Source: the human T2T-CHM13v2.0 reference genome, Homo sapiens
NCBI RefSeq assembly: GCF_009914755.1
Contig: NC_060935.1
Direction: 5' to 3' (one strand)
Length of the DNA stretch: 64,000 nt
Shown here: in pieces, positions 30,981-47,260 of the stretch
Layout of the letters: each line of letters opens with the position of its first letter
Numbering within the stretch: position 1 is the first letter of the stretch
Notes under the pieces: model-generated
The model's database searches: none
What the model was told of the DNA's origin: nothing
Seen by the model: only the letters and a program-made list of their open reading frames with translations
Translations under genes and position numbers: made by a program

Positions 30981-32325
30981 ATTTGTTAAATAAGCAAATA
31001 TCAGAAAAATAAAGCCTTTTGCAATTTAATAGAGAAAAAACCCCACAAAATTATTTTAAGAAATAATATATCCTACAGCTTTCCCCCACCCCTTCATATC
31101 TTTAACATCTCCTTAATTCTATAATTTGAGCATCAGAACCAAGTAAAACTATGGGAGATATGAAAAGTAACAGAGAAAAGCCTCTTTCCTCAAGAACTTC
31201 ACAATCCAAGTTAGAATTTTACATAAATGTGCTAATACAAAGAGCCATAATAAAAGTAAAGTGCTTGAGGAGATTAATTCTAGCAAGGTGATCTGGAATA
31301 ATTTTAACAACACAGAACTAGCCAGTTAAAATATTTTTGTCATTGTTCAACTCTCATATTTTAAAATGTCCACTTTACCTACAGTAAAAAGGTAATAATG
31401 TAAAAGGACTATTGTGTTCTGCTAAATACCTCTAAAGTCTTCAGTGCATTTTAGTTTTTAAGGAGAGTCATATGTGCTACAATTGGCTGAAATTGCTATT
31501 CAAAAGAAAATAAAAGCAGTAAGTGTAAAGAATGGAAGACAGAGTCATGCTTCAGTAAACACAAGCAAAAATCTCAGTCTCATGAATATGACAAATAATT
31601 AAGAATAATTGAACTTTGAGAAATTTACATGTTGGAGTTGAAACGCTGGTGATGTGATGAGGAAGCTTATGCTTGGTGCTAATGAGTGAGTAACAGTTAC
31701 ACGGCTTTCATTGAAGCTGAAATTCTTTTTATTTTTCCAAGCCTATCAACACGCTACTCTTCTGAAAGAAAAGATTATAAATTTTGGTTTTTAGAATAAC
31801 ATTAATTATCTTCTGGAAAAGGATTTCATAATAATTTTAGTTCTGTATGATACCAAAATGCTTCAAGGTTGAAAATTTGGCTGTATTCTAGTATGAGATG
31901 CTTGACCAAGATTTTTGATTATTGAATCATCTTAAGTCTCTCACTTCACATGATGCCATCACCGTACAGATTTAGTCAAATATTAATCCTCTCGCTGAAT
32001 GTTATTTATCATCTGTGAATGGAAATATATAAGCCAAGTTAGGGTCAGAGTGTTTTGTAAGTATTAAATAAAGTATTAACATTCATTTAAGAGTCAGTTG
32101 TTATTTTCCTTAAAGATGATCTAATCAGTGAACTCCTTAAGGACTCAAGCATCTTGCAGTTTCCTAAGGAGGTTTCATAGACTGAAAATGGGCTGGAGGT
32201 GAATACTGAGACAAGTAAGTGGGAAAATACTAAAATGTTAAATGTGCCAATGTTGTTCTTAATGATTTATATCATGGTATGTCATTATGAGATTTTTCTT
32301 CCCCAATGCTTATTCAGAAATTTAA

Positions 32326-32642
<317 letters not shown>

Positions 32643-33149
32643 TATATTCAGGTTTTTAATCAATCATAAATATCTGCGAATGATACTGAGGAGAAATCTC
32701 ATTTTCTTTATTTTTTTATCTGATTAAATAATTTTTCTACAGTCATTATAGAATAATGTATACTTTCTCTCTGTCAATGCCATGCCTTTCTGAATTTTAA
32801 TCCTTTTATGCACTACTGAAGACTTCTTTTATCATGGAAAAATCATTTGTCCTCTCATAGATCAAGTTTCACCCACAAAACTTCATTTTTAAAACAAGAA
32901 TGTATCAACAAGTATTGTTAGAGGCTAAATTATGTAGCCCCCAAATTCATATGTTAAAATCTTAACACCTGAGTAGATCAGAAGGTGACCATATTTAGAT
33001 ATAAGATATTTTAAAACGTAATTAAGTTAAATGAAGTAAATGGGGAGACCCTAATCCAATATAGCTGGTGTCCATATAGGAAGAGGAAATATGGACACAA
33101 ACATGTAGAGAGGGAAAACCATATGAGGACACAGGGAAAAGATGGCCAT

Positions 33150-35825
<2,676 letters not shown>

Positions 35826-36703
35826 GCCAGCTCTAAGCCAAGGAGAAAAACCAACTCTGCCAACACTTTCCAGACTCCATAACTGTTAGTAGGTATGTTT
35901 CTGTTCTTTAAGTCATTTTGTTATGACAGTCCTAACAAAATAATACAGGTGGCATACTTCAAGTGTGCTAAAAATGTGTTTTTCAATTTATCAAGTGGTA
36001 TGTAAATGAAAAACAGTGTTGATAAAATTTATAAAACTACTACAATATTGGGCCATCTGTTTTATTTCCTACTCTATATTTACATAAAATTTAAAAAGAA
36101 AACAAATAATTTATGAGCATGCTTTCTGGAATAGATTCAAAATATCTGCCTAATTTTTTTCTGAAATCAGGTATGAAAACGTGAAACTGAATCCCTCCCT
36201 TTGAGGTGTTTGGACCCTTTTCCTCTGATTTATGTCCGATAACCCCAACTGCCATGCTTCAGTGCTGAGCTGATATACAAGCCATCTTTCTTCATTTTCA
36301 GATGATGTCCTGGCTGACTCGAGGTTGCCTATATCTGTGGTCTCTGAAAAGCTTTTCATCTCTTTCCTTTTATAACTCCACTTTCTGTGATAATTAGTGC
36401 TCCATTTTGTGACAGACCTGAAATCTTGGGTCTACAGTTTGTTCAGAGTTATTGTTGCACATGATGAAAAATGGGTTGGAAGATCATGAAAAGCAGAATT
36501 GTAGAGTTTGGAAGATCCCTGAAATTTCCCTGGCTTTTGGTCTCAAAAAGAGCTGTCATTTAATGCAAATACTACCTCTCTGTTGCTGTGCACCTGTAAA
36601 ACAGTCACTTGGCTTCTCTGAGTCTCAAAGTCCCTATATGTAAAATGAGAATTAAAAATATCTCCATTTAGGGGTTGTGAGGATTACATTAGAAAATGGC
36701 TTT

Positions 36704-36795
36704 AGTTGGGAGTGGTGGCACACACCTGTAGTCCCAGCTACTCAGGAGGCTAAGGTGAGCAGATTGCTTGAGCTCAGGAGTTTAAGACCAGCTTT
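36704..36795 (+). mobile_element. FLAM/Alu monomer fragment
   Basis: gtggtggcacacacctgtagtcccagctactcaggaggct...gagctcaggagtttaagaccagc. Confidence 0.75.
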
Positions 36796-38061
36796 GGCTT
36801 TTGAAAACACTTAGTTGATTACTTTAATATTACATATACTTGGTAATTCTAATAAAGAATTCCCATCTGGCTTCATTCTGTAGACCTATAACTTTTTAAT
36901 TTTTTATTTTATTCTTATCTTTTATCCATACTGGAAGCTATAGCAACTACATTTTTTAAACATAAATATTGTTTTGATCGCTCATTATATTTTCAAGAGG
37001 AGAAACCTTGTCTTGCTCTTTGCTATATTTTAAATAGCGGGGATACTGCCATTTATTATTTGCTAATATTTTTGAATAGAAAAAGAAACATTATTCTTTA
37101 ATCTTCAGAATAAATATTGGAACAAAAGAACACAGTATTATTATATTTTGGCTTTTGTCACTCTATTTATTACAGACGTACCCAACAGAGCCTGTGCTGA
37201 CTTGTATTTTAAAAATAAAACACAATGAAGATAAAAAAGGCACCACAATGTCTTATTCTATTTGATATCCCGTATGCATTGTCACAATAATTATAAACCA
37301 CTCTAGGGTAACTATACAGGGAAGAATTAAACCACAAAATGAGGCCTTAATGTGTTCTGTTTCTCCAATTTTTAAACTATAATTACACTCTAAAATCATT
37401 GAACTTTAAATCTGGAAGGCCATGAAATCTTGTTTTTACCTATTACAAACACTTAACCATTCATATTATTTGTTGAACACTTAGCCTACACTGAATAGGC
37501 ATAAATTCAAAGAAACCCATTTTTGTTACTCTTTTAAAATTTATATGCTCCTAGATGGGATATAGTCGTTCATTTATCTAGCACATGTTTATTTGATGCC
37601 AACAAGTCTATCTTAGGCCACACTTTCTGCTAGGAGTTTGAAATATGGGACTAAAAGACACTGTCTCTCTATGCAAATAGTCACAGTCTGGGCAAGGCAT
37701 CAGAGAAGTGAACCAGATATTACTACTATAATATCTGCCGTAATTTGCATATATTTGTATTCTTTTTTAGTTATGATTACAGATAAACTTCTGCAATATA
37801 TGGTAATAGTAAGATAAGTATTTCTTGGTCTCAAAATTACATAAGGATATTTAAAAGAATAACATAAAACTGTTCCTTGAAAAAAGCTAGGAGTGGAAAC
37901 TCTTAGATTTGAATACTTTGTAATTATTTAATTATTCATGTTTCAGAAAAATTGCCTTGAAGGCACTGTTGTGAGTCAGTTAGATTTGGAACATCTAGAG
38001 GCTGAAGCACTATAGATTAATGGGAATACCATTCAAATATCCACCTAAGGTGTAATGGATG

Positions 38062-38063
<2 letters not shown>

Positions 38064-38108
<45 letters not shown>

Positions 38109-38387
38109 AGACAGAGTCTCACTCTGTTGCCCAGGCTGGAGTGCGATGGCATGATCTCAGCTCACTGCAATCTCCACCTCCCAGGTCAAGCGATTCTCCT
38201 GCCTCAGCCTCCTGAGTAGCTGAGATTACAGGCATATGCCAGCATGCCCGGCTAATTTTTGTATTTTTTAGTAGAGATGGGTTTTCACCATGTTGGTAAA
38301 GCTGGTCTCAAACTCCTGACCTCGTGATCCACCTGCCTCATCTTCCCAAAGTGCTGGGATTACAGGCGTGAGCCAATGTACCTGGCT
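38064..38387 (-). mobile_element. AluS element with 44-nt pure poly-T tail
   Basis: T44 at 38064-38107 then complete antisense dimer; imperfect TSD atggatgtc/atgaatgtc. Confidence 0.95.
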
Positions 38388-39295
38388 ATGAATGTCATTC
38401 TTAATCATGTACATTTAAGCTAGGTACACTCACCCATCACACATAATCTGAAGGGAGGTTAGTAGAAACAAGCATCAAATTTAAAGAATGTTAAAAAAAA
38501 TACAACAGTCAAGAATGTTGGTATAGAAATGAATGACAAAATTTAAAAACTAATTGAAAAACATACACATTCCAGCAGCCTGGGTCTTATAATGAAACTG
38601 ATGACAAATCCAAGCTGGGTTATTTTCTTAAGTTTTTTTTTTAAAAATGTTATTTTCAAAGATTTAGGATGCTACAGAAGTAATCATAGACTAAGGGCAG
38701 TAATCCCGGGGTAGGAATATGGATTGAAAGCAGCTACCAGAATTCAGAGGGAGAACTACTTTAATAGTGGGACATAAAAGAGACTTCAGGGAAAGGATCA
38801 GGAGAATAAATGTCTCTGTCTTACTTTCGCTGTATCCCTGTGTATTCATGCAGATGCCTAATTGGCTGAAATCTACCAGAAGCTAGTTGTCAAGGAAGAC
38901 TGATGATATTCCCTTTATAGGTCAGACACCTGGAGCACAGAGCATAGTAGGGAAGGTAGATAAAGCGTATTAAGGGTCAAATGGCAAAACATTAGCCAAA
39001 AATCACAGAAGACAGTCATGGGAAGTGTATATTTTCAAGGAAGCAGGCGTCTAGTAAGTGAGGAGTGCACAGCTGAGTAGTTGCCTCTATTACATTACAT
39101 TTTTTAAGATCACAGCTCAGGCCACCACTGAATGTCAAGTGCTTGATCCTTAGAATATATGGAATAACTTTTTCATCAATGAATTAATGGAATGATGAAT
39201 GATTCAACTTACCTTTATTTTCTTTTCCATGCTTCTTCTCTTATTTATGACTATACTGTTATCTTCTGGACTTGGATACACTCACCTCCTCCCCC

Positions 39296-39319
39296 TACAC
39301 ACACTATATGTATGTATGC

Positions 39320-39375
<56 letters not shown>

Positions 39376-39426
39376 ATATATATGTATGTACATATATATG
39401 TATGTATGTGTGTGTGTATATATATA
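39296..39426. repeat. Compound (TG)n(TA)n microsatellite
   Basis: Alternating purine-pyrimidine tract of ~130 bp. Confidence 0.92.
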
Positions 39427-40014
39427 GTCACACACTATGAATGTGAGTGGTGCTTATTAAAAAAAATCACAGTTAATTTTTATATACCAAAATCTTTCTA
39501 TTCTTCAAGGACTATATTAAAGAAAACCTACCAATTTTTTAATCATATAGCATGTTGATTATAATTAGACTAAAGCTTACTATTTGAAATATATTAGATG
39601 ATCAATAAATGCTGGTTTAGATAAAATAAATTGCAGTATTAATTTTATTGAGATTTGTCCAATAGATATGTCTGCATCCTCCATTAAATCATGAGATATC
39701 TGTGGTCAAGGACCAGACCTAAGTCATATTGATACCTAGAATGGTGTTTCGTATGTGACAGTATTGAAATAATTATTTGTTAATACATTTGTCAAATTTA
39801 ATATTCATTTAGTGCAAGGAGTGAGGTGACACATGTTGAAAACCCTTAAATACCAATTGGTCCTTGTAAAGAAGGTATGATAGAATATAGAGAGATAAAA
39901 TGCTGGAAAATTTGATACAATGAATCCAGAAAGGTTGTCAAATCATTTGTATTGGTGGCCTGGAAGAATGCAACAAAGAATCATTTATATGGCTGGAGTA
40001 CAGGAAGACTGGTG

Positions 40015-40610
40015 AAGTAATAAATTACAAAAATTCAATTTTTTGAGTCAGTAGGAAATTAAGTAAGCAGCTTAGTTCTGTAGGTCAGAAGTCCAGGCAG
40101 GCTTACGTAGATTCTCTGCTGAGGTTCTCATAAGGCTGAAACTGAAATGTCAACTGTATGAGACTTTTATCTAGAGGCTTTGGGAGAGGATTGGTTTCTG
40201 GGCTCATTCAGGTTGTTACTTGAATTCACTTCTCTGCGCTTGTAAGTATATTTCTTTTCTTCCCCCCTCCTTCCTGGATGTCAACTAGAAGCTACTCTCA
40301 GTTCCCAAAGGTCACTTGCATTTTTTGACACATGAGTACCTCCATCTGCAGAACCAGTAACTGCACATCAGCTCTTTCTCAGACTTATCTTTCTGGTTTC
40401 TATTTCTTCTACCAGGCAGAGAAACTCTCTGCTTTCAAATGACTTAGTCACTAATGTGTCACTAAGTTACTCACCAGGTAACTCCTCTAGAGTAAAGTAA
40501 ACTTAATAGTAACCTTAATTACATTTTCAAAATTCCATTTCCTATGTAACATAAAATAATCTTGGGCATATCAATAGGGCACATAAGTCATCTTAAAATT
40601 CCTTCCACTA
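40015..40610 (-). mobile_element. Old MLT1-type MaLR LTR
   Basis: gttctgtaggtcagaagtcc...aaggctgaaa...ctagaggctttgggaga...ctcattcaggttgtt motifs. Confidence 0.6.
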
Positions 40611-41675
40611 AAGGTAGAAAAACACAAGACCTAAGAAGAACTTATAAAACTTTGAAATGAGACCTGAGGTAAAAGGATATTCAAAGGACACTGGTCTAGA
40701 GAGATCTGAATTCCTTATGTCTCAGATAAATCTTAAAAATAGACTTTTCATTCATATACCTTATAGATATTTTCTCTTATAGATAAGCAAAACTCAAGAT
40801 ATTGGACAAGTAGACAGTAGAAACAGGCATCAAAGGGCCAGAAAATACTTTTTCCAAAAAGAGTACCAATGTGATTCAATAACCAAAAATTCCCAGGTGA
40901 CCTTATTCTTTAACAATACAAGTATAATAAACCCAGTGCTTAAGAATCTCAAAAAAAAATGAGAACACAATTCAGAATGAATTTACCTCCCATCCATGGA
41001 CAGAGTGGCTCCTCAAACAGATATAAGGGGTCTCATATGTGTGCATTATTATGGAATTAATGGTCTGGTCTGGTCAAAAGTAGAAATAACTCAGATAAAT
41101 ACTTTTGAAACTCCATATCTATCAATGTCAACCAGCTGAAGACTACCAGAACCATGCTTTTAGTTTAATAAAATAGGATGTATTGGTTAGTTCAATGAGG
41201 GAGAGCTCATACCTTGAGGAAATATGGGGCATCTCACTAAAAATGTACAATAAAATGTCGGGATACAGAATCTGAACTGTAGTTTAAGGCTTTTCTATGA
41301 ATTGATGCTGTCAGCAAAGATAATTCTGTGATTTGATATCTTTATAATTCTAATTCTAAGGTCAAGATATATGATGTAAATTTCAAGCTGTAATTTGTAA
41401 AGAAACAGTGAAGATCAGTTCCTATATTTTTATTTTTTTGGTTTTGACATTGTTTCTGTGTTTTTATGTTCAATGGTAGTCTCTGGCCTAGCTTGAGTGC
41501 CAGGCCAAGTCCTGGCTGTCAGATGCTGCTTTTCTTCTTCTCACTAGTGAGTGATAGAGCCAAGCCCAAGTCCAGTGTGGCAGTGTGAGATAGAGGAAAT
41601 TTAGGGGTAGATATGAACATCACTATCCCCACTTACTGTTATCCAATCATCATCTTCAGTACAGTTTATTATTGT

Positions 41676-41951
41676 GGTCTGGGCTTGGGGCTCAGACCTG
41701 TAATCCCAGCATCTTGGGGGACCAAGGTGGCGGGATCACTTGCATCCAGAAGTTAGACACCATACTAGGCAACATAGTAAGACCCTGTCTCTACTGAAAA
41801 ATAAAAAATTAGCTGGGCATGGTTCCACACACTTGTAATCCCAGCTACTTGGGAGGCTGAGGTGGCAGGATCACTTAAGCCCGGGAGGTTGATGACAGCA
41901 CTCCAGCCTCGATGACAGAGTAAGACCCTGTTGCAAAAACAACAACAACAA
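41676..41951 (+). mobile_element. AluJ element with right-arm deletion
   Basis: AluJ-type ggcaacatagtaagaccctgtctct; TSD agtttMttattgt at 41663-41675 and 41952-41964. Confidence 0.9.
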
Positions 41952-41964
41952 AGTTTCTTATTGT

Positions 41965-42112
41965 ATATGTACTTTGTGCCTAAAACTGTACTTAGAGATT
42001 TGCAATCATTATCTCATTTAATCCTCACAGAAACCTAATGGACTAAGTACTCTTATCGTCCTTATTTTACAGACCATGAAACTACCCAGCCCAAGGCTAC
42101 ACAACTAATAAT
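41965..42112 (-). mobile_element. MIR SINE remnant
   Basis: attatctcatttaatcctcac...ccttattttacaga...gcccaaggctacacaactaa. Confidence 0.65.
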
Positions 42113-44979
42113 TGATACTTTGTTCACTCAATCACCCTAAATTACTTCTTCTCTGTAGTCAAGTTACAGCTCTACCAGCAGTCTAAAATTTGAATTGTTG
42201 CAGTTTCTCAGCAATTTCGCAAATGTTAGAAAGGTTAGTCACCGTTAGGATATTTAAGAAACGTAGAGAATTTGACACGCTGCCTAGCACAGAGCAGGAC
42301 CCACTCAACATGTGCTAATTCACTCTCCTGTCCCTCTCTTTAACACAGATTATTTTCAGTCATGCAGAGCATTTGTACTTTTTTAGGACACAACCCAAGC
42401 TATGAGAAGATTATAAAATTAAAATCATCAAATCAATTCATCCCAATAATACATACTTTTCTGGAGGAGTAAATTTTTCAGTACTTTGTACTGCCTAAAA
42501 CTTCTTGATTCTATTGACGTCTAAGGCAGATTTCAGGAACGGGCCAAAGAGCAAAAAGTAACCAACTCCTTGCCATCCATAATATTGATGTGTTTAAATT
42601 ATCTGAGATCGTTTAGTCTGTGACCCTGAACCTAGTTCTAGTCCATATTACCCATCTAAAGCTTTTGTCATCTTTTCAAAACAGAAATATCTATATCACA
42701 AAATATTGTTTTAAAAGCAGTTATAAAAGAGGTATAGCATTTATCAAATAGAAATAGGGTGAGGAGGAATCTAGAGCCTAATTATTTAAATCCATTTACA
42801 GCTTTTTAAAAATAATTAGTTTTTGTTCAAATAAGTAAAAAGGAGAAAAATCAAAATATTTGAGGCAGCCAGTACATTGCTGAGAGGCATCTTCTTAATT
42901 CCTGCATTCTCCACAACACCTATTACAAGAATAACATATAGAAGCACTCGATAAAAACAGTGCTTGCAGAGGGTTATAGCAGGTAGACCAGTAAATTGGA
43001 TTCCTTGTTCTATATCACAATCCTAGCTCACTGATCATCATTCAGGGTGACTTTGGGGATGTTACTTTAACTTCCTGTGCCTCATTTTCCACATAGCCTA
43101 ATAATACTTGCCTTTATGTCCTGCATGCTCTGAGAGTGTCAGAGTGTTATAAAGGCCAAGTTTTATTGTCAAATGCATTTGTATGCAAATTTAGTCAAAA
43201 GCGTTTTCAGTCAGTTTTTCTTTTTTTTTTCCAAAGAGGTACATTCCCTATTTGAATTGTTTGATTTTTTTCACTGAATGGCTAAGGCCTCAGCATAATT
43301 CCAGGTAGTTGTTTATGGGCAGCCTGATTTCCTTAGACAGCACAGAAATAGTACAGTAGGTGTGAATGTAAGACAGATAATCAAATAAAAAATAAAGGCC
43401 TGATTTAAATACTAACATAAATGTTACATGGATTTTCAAATTACTTGACAGGCTACAGTACAGTAAATGGGACTGTGCCTTTGATAATTCCAATGAGGCA
43501 ATGCATGGAAATATAAGAAATCTCAGTAGTTATAGTTTCAGACTAAAGATCATAAGAACAAAAACTAAACCTCAGGACAAGATTCACTATGGCAATTAAA
43601 CTTTGGAAACTCATTCAACTGGACACAAGTAGTTCATAGTAGTAATGTCAGAAGTTACAAAGAATCAGGAAAAAAAGGAAATGAACTAGACAGATGCCAT
43701 CACTTTCAAATTTCACAGAAGGCAGAAAAAAATAGAGTAAAATGAAATTTCAAGTGTGGTCTAGAAAGTCTTCACAGATTGATGAGATATTTTATGTGGT
43801 AAGCTTTTATAACAAAACTATGAATTTACACATAAAATAGCTCTTTCAATATTCATAAAAGTCTGTGCCTGACACTATCTTTGTAACCTGAGACAGAATA
43901 TGCCAATTGGTCAGATTTGAGACATAAGTGTGCCACTAAGAGTTAGCAGTGTTTTTAATCCCATTTAAAACATAAGGACTGATGAAAATAAGAATTATAT
44001 TTTTTCAAGAGAAAACCAGTGTGTATTTTGAAAGTAGGATAATGTACCCTAAGCAAACAAGAGAAAAATAATAAATATATATTAAGCGACCATAATATAC
44101 ATATACATATATACACACATTATAAATGCATAAACATGTACATATGGATGTATATGCACATATGCACACATACATTACACTAACTTACCTCTTTCTTACT
44201 CTGCTAAAACTATTTGAGAGTCAAGTAGTTGACGATAATTATCTTTGTGTGAAGCCAACTTTGGTGGGGATTTTCCTGGAGACTTCAGCTTTGATTTCAA
44301 TGGTATGTGCAGAGGCGTGTTTGAGTGATCAGGTTTCATGAGTCATCTAGCTCTCTCTTACATTTGTTGGTCTGGACCTTTGAGGAAATGTCACAGACAC
44401 AAAAATATATCTTATCAATAAAAAATTGATACAGTGAGTATTCACATCTTTTTTGGTGCTATTCTCACACTGTTGATTTTTCAAAGTTAGTGAATTAAAA
44501 AAGCAAAATAAAACAAAACAAACAAGATAGTTCCACCATAAAATGTAAAAATAGGCAGTTTTAATGCGGGGGAAACTTATGAAATTTTATATCACCATAT
44601 TTTATTGCAAACATTTAAAATCAGAACAGCATAAGCTTAGATATCACATTTAGTGTGTAGCTTGATTGTTAGTAGCAGGTATTATAGCTCTAACACTTGG
44701 CATTTAACAGTTGATATACATTGATATAATTAAGAACTTTGGAAAAATGAGTAATGAATTTAGGTCTCTAATCTGTTTAGATGTTTTTATTTGTATATTT
44801 TGTCTAAATATTTTATATTTGTATCTATCTTTCTGTCTATCTAGATAATTTTTGAAGTTTGTAGTCTTAGCAGAAAGGGACAATTTACTGCTATTGAGGA
44901 TATACTATAGTGAATTATTATATATTAATTGTGTATTGTGGAATAATGTGTATTAATACACTATTGACCTCAGGCTAAA

Positions 44980-44980
44980 C

Positions 44981-45025
<45 letters not shown>
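44980..45025. repeat. (CA)n microsatellite ~2 kb upstream of LUZP2 ATG
   Basis: ~22 CA units with one interruption. Confidence 0.95.
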
Positions 45026-45027
<2 letters not shown>

Positions 45028-46599
45028 AACATTCTTAAATTTTTAAAGAAAAAAAATGTAAAGAAAAATTGGGTTGATCTGCCTTAAAGTCAGACTCTAT
45101 TGTCTTTTTGCTTTATGACTTTGGAAAAGTTAGAAAACTTTAATGAGTTTCTTTCTCTTCTTTATGTAGTCATTAAAAAGATCTTAAATATAAAAAGAAT
45201 ATAGAAGTTAGTGCTCCTGGTGAAAGAACATAATCAGTCCTTGAAAATTAATGAGAAAAAAATCATCTGGAGAATCTCCAATCCAGTAGAATTTAGCAAG
45301 TACCACAGTGAGTTAAATTCCAAGTAAAGTGGAACTTCTGTTTAAAACCCATGGTACTTAGGTTTTTAATAAGTGTTTATTAGGAGAATGAATAGAGTTC
45401 ATTGTAAGAGAAGAGGTAAAGAGAATAGGTGTATAAAAACTAAGGTCAAACTCATTATACATATTCAGAGTTTACCCAAGAAAAAATAACATTCCACAGG
45501 GTAAGTTATTTACAAGGAAAGTCTTCTTGATGCAATTAGCCTCTGTGATTCCCAATCCTATTAGCCTGGACTCTTAGCGTGATTGCATGGATTCTCCTGA
45601 TGTCATTCATCCAGGATAGGGTTTAAGTTTTGCAAAGAGCTGTTGCTCAGCAATGTTTGATTAAGTAAAGTACAAATGCTGTAGTGCTAAGTATCTGCTT
45701 AACAGTTGGATCTTTAAAGCTTTTGTACTAACTCTTTGAAGCCATAAAGTCAATTATGGATTTGCATATCCCCATGATAAGACAGTGAGACTGTCATGGA
45801 TGATGAAAGGTTATGGCCTTATAATGCCCCAAGAAAAGAAGACTTCTGCTAAGAGACAAAGCTGTACCAGAGTCGAGGGTATAATTCTTCAATCCGCTAA
45901 AATTACAAAAAATTTCAAAGTATCACTTCAGATCATTTTTCAAGATGTGCTTGTTGACCTTCTAAATTAGATGGTATTTTTCTACTTTCAGGAAATGAAC
46001 AACAGGCCCAATAATTTCGGAGTGATTTATGAGTATCCAATGCAATGGCACACTATGGACAGACTTTATGTGAACAAATCTGAAAAAAAAATAGTTTGTT
46101 CTGGTATATCTTGGGTTAACATAAGCCACCACACCAGAACAAAAACTGCTTCTTTTTATAATAAAGCTTCAAAAAGGAGATTAGGTATATTTGCTTCAAA
46201 AATAACAATTTGAATTTTTTAATGAGATTTATTTTTCAAATTTTATTTTTCAAAATAAAGACCACCAAATGCCTCATTCTTATAGGAAATCTAAATAGAA
46301 AATATACAAAACATAATAACTCCTATCATCCAATCCCGGCCATTCTGAGTCAATTACTGATGCATTTTCATTCAATTCTTTTCACGTGCTGAGTCTCACT
46401 TGAGGAAAGGGACCCGCGTTATGGAGTTGGCAAGTGCCATTATAGCCTCAAAAGTGCAAGAGTACATTTCTGGGTGCTGTTCACTCCTGCTATCGTCTTT
46501 CATCACTCCCTTTAGTGTCTGCCTCAGGCGGATCACCTTGACTCTTTAATCAAATTAAGATTTCAAATGCCATTTCTAAAACTTTTTTTTTTTTCAAAC

Positions 46600-47260
46600 G
46601 CTATGTAATCAGGTGACAGACATCCGCCTGCGACAGGACATCCGCCTGCGACTCAAAACATTCGAGAGTTTTTCCTGGTGAATTCAGTCTCACTTCCTGC
46701 CAAAGTAAACGAGTTCCTGTGCTGGCCGTCCCGCCCCTCCGAATCCTCGGGAGAAGCGGGACTAAAGGATCAAGCTGAAGTGAATGTGTAGCCCTGTGAC
46801 CTCAGCGCGCGGGGGCGGGGCGATCGCCGGACACCCCCGCCCTCCCCGCCTCCAGCGCGAGTGACAACCCGGTCTCTGGCTCTGGAGCTGCGGCGCGGAA
46901 CAAGCCCCGCAGGGCCTTCCCTGGCCGCCAACACACCACTCCCGGAGCTGATTCCCTGTGCCCAGCTCCTTTCTTGGCGAGGCTTCAGTCCCTTAGTCGG
47001 CCTCAGTCTGTCCACCTTCGGAGAGGTCTGAGCGCTAGCCGGAGACAGGTAGACACCGAGAAGTGACAGAACCCAGAGGAAGCTGGAGAGAGGCAGCGAG
47101 GAAACGAGGGCCCGGCGGGCAGCAGCATGAAATTCAGCCCAGTGCCCTACCTGCTGCCTCTCCTGCCCGCGCTGGTCCTCAGCACCAGGTGAGTCCAGGA
47201 TCCTGAGTGACCTGAGCCCAGGGGCGGTGTCCGGGTAAGGTGGGTCCTACTGCGAACCAC
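46600..47260 (+). promoter_or_regulatory. LUZP2: CpG island promoter and 5'UTR of LUZP2
   Basis: Only dense CpG/GC-rich non-repeat segment in the window; GC boxes GGGGGCGGGGC (46811-46821), CCCGCCC (46730-46736, 46836-46842); ETS-like CACTTCCTG (46691-46699); no ATG between 46800 and the start codon. Confidence 0.88.
47127..47188 (+). CDS. LUZP2: LUZP2 (leucine zipper protein 2) first coding exon, encoding the signal peptide; CDS continues beyond the window
   Basis: agcATGa start (A at -3); translates MKFSPVPYLLPLLPALVLST(R); consensus donor CAG|GTGAGT at 47189; matches recalled human LUZP2 N-terminus MKFSPAHYLLPLLPALVLSTRQDY except residues 6-7. Confidence 0.9.

Noticed and set aside
36150-36359. 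69-aa minus-strand ATG ORF in non-repeat DNA as a retrocopy or microprotein
   Set aside because: No recognisable homology, poly(A) tail or TSD; length is within chance expectation.
43177-43190. SOX-OCT-like composite atttgtatgcaaat
   Set aside because: The SOX half is imperfect, and octamers occur several times by chance in this AT-rich window.
46770-47015. Antisense 81-aa ORF in the CpG island
   Set aside because: Non-ATG start and Arg/Gly-rich composition are expected from stop-poor GC-rich DNA.
47179-47198. REST/RE1 site at the end of exon 1 (tcagcacc)
   Set aside because: Only the left half-site matches and the GGACAG half is absent; the sequence is explained by coding and splice constraints.
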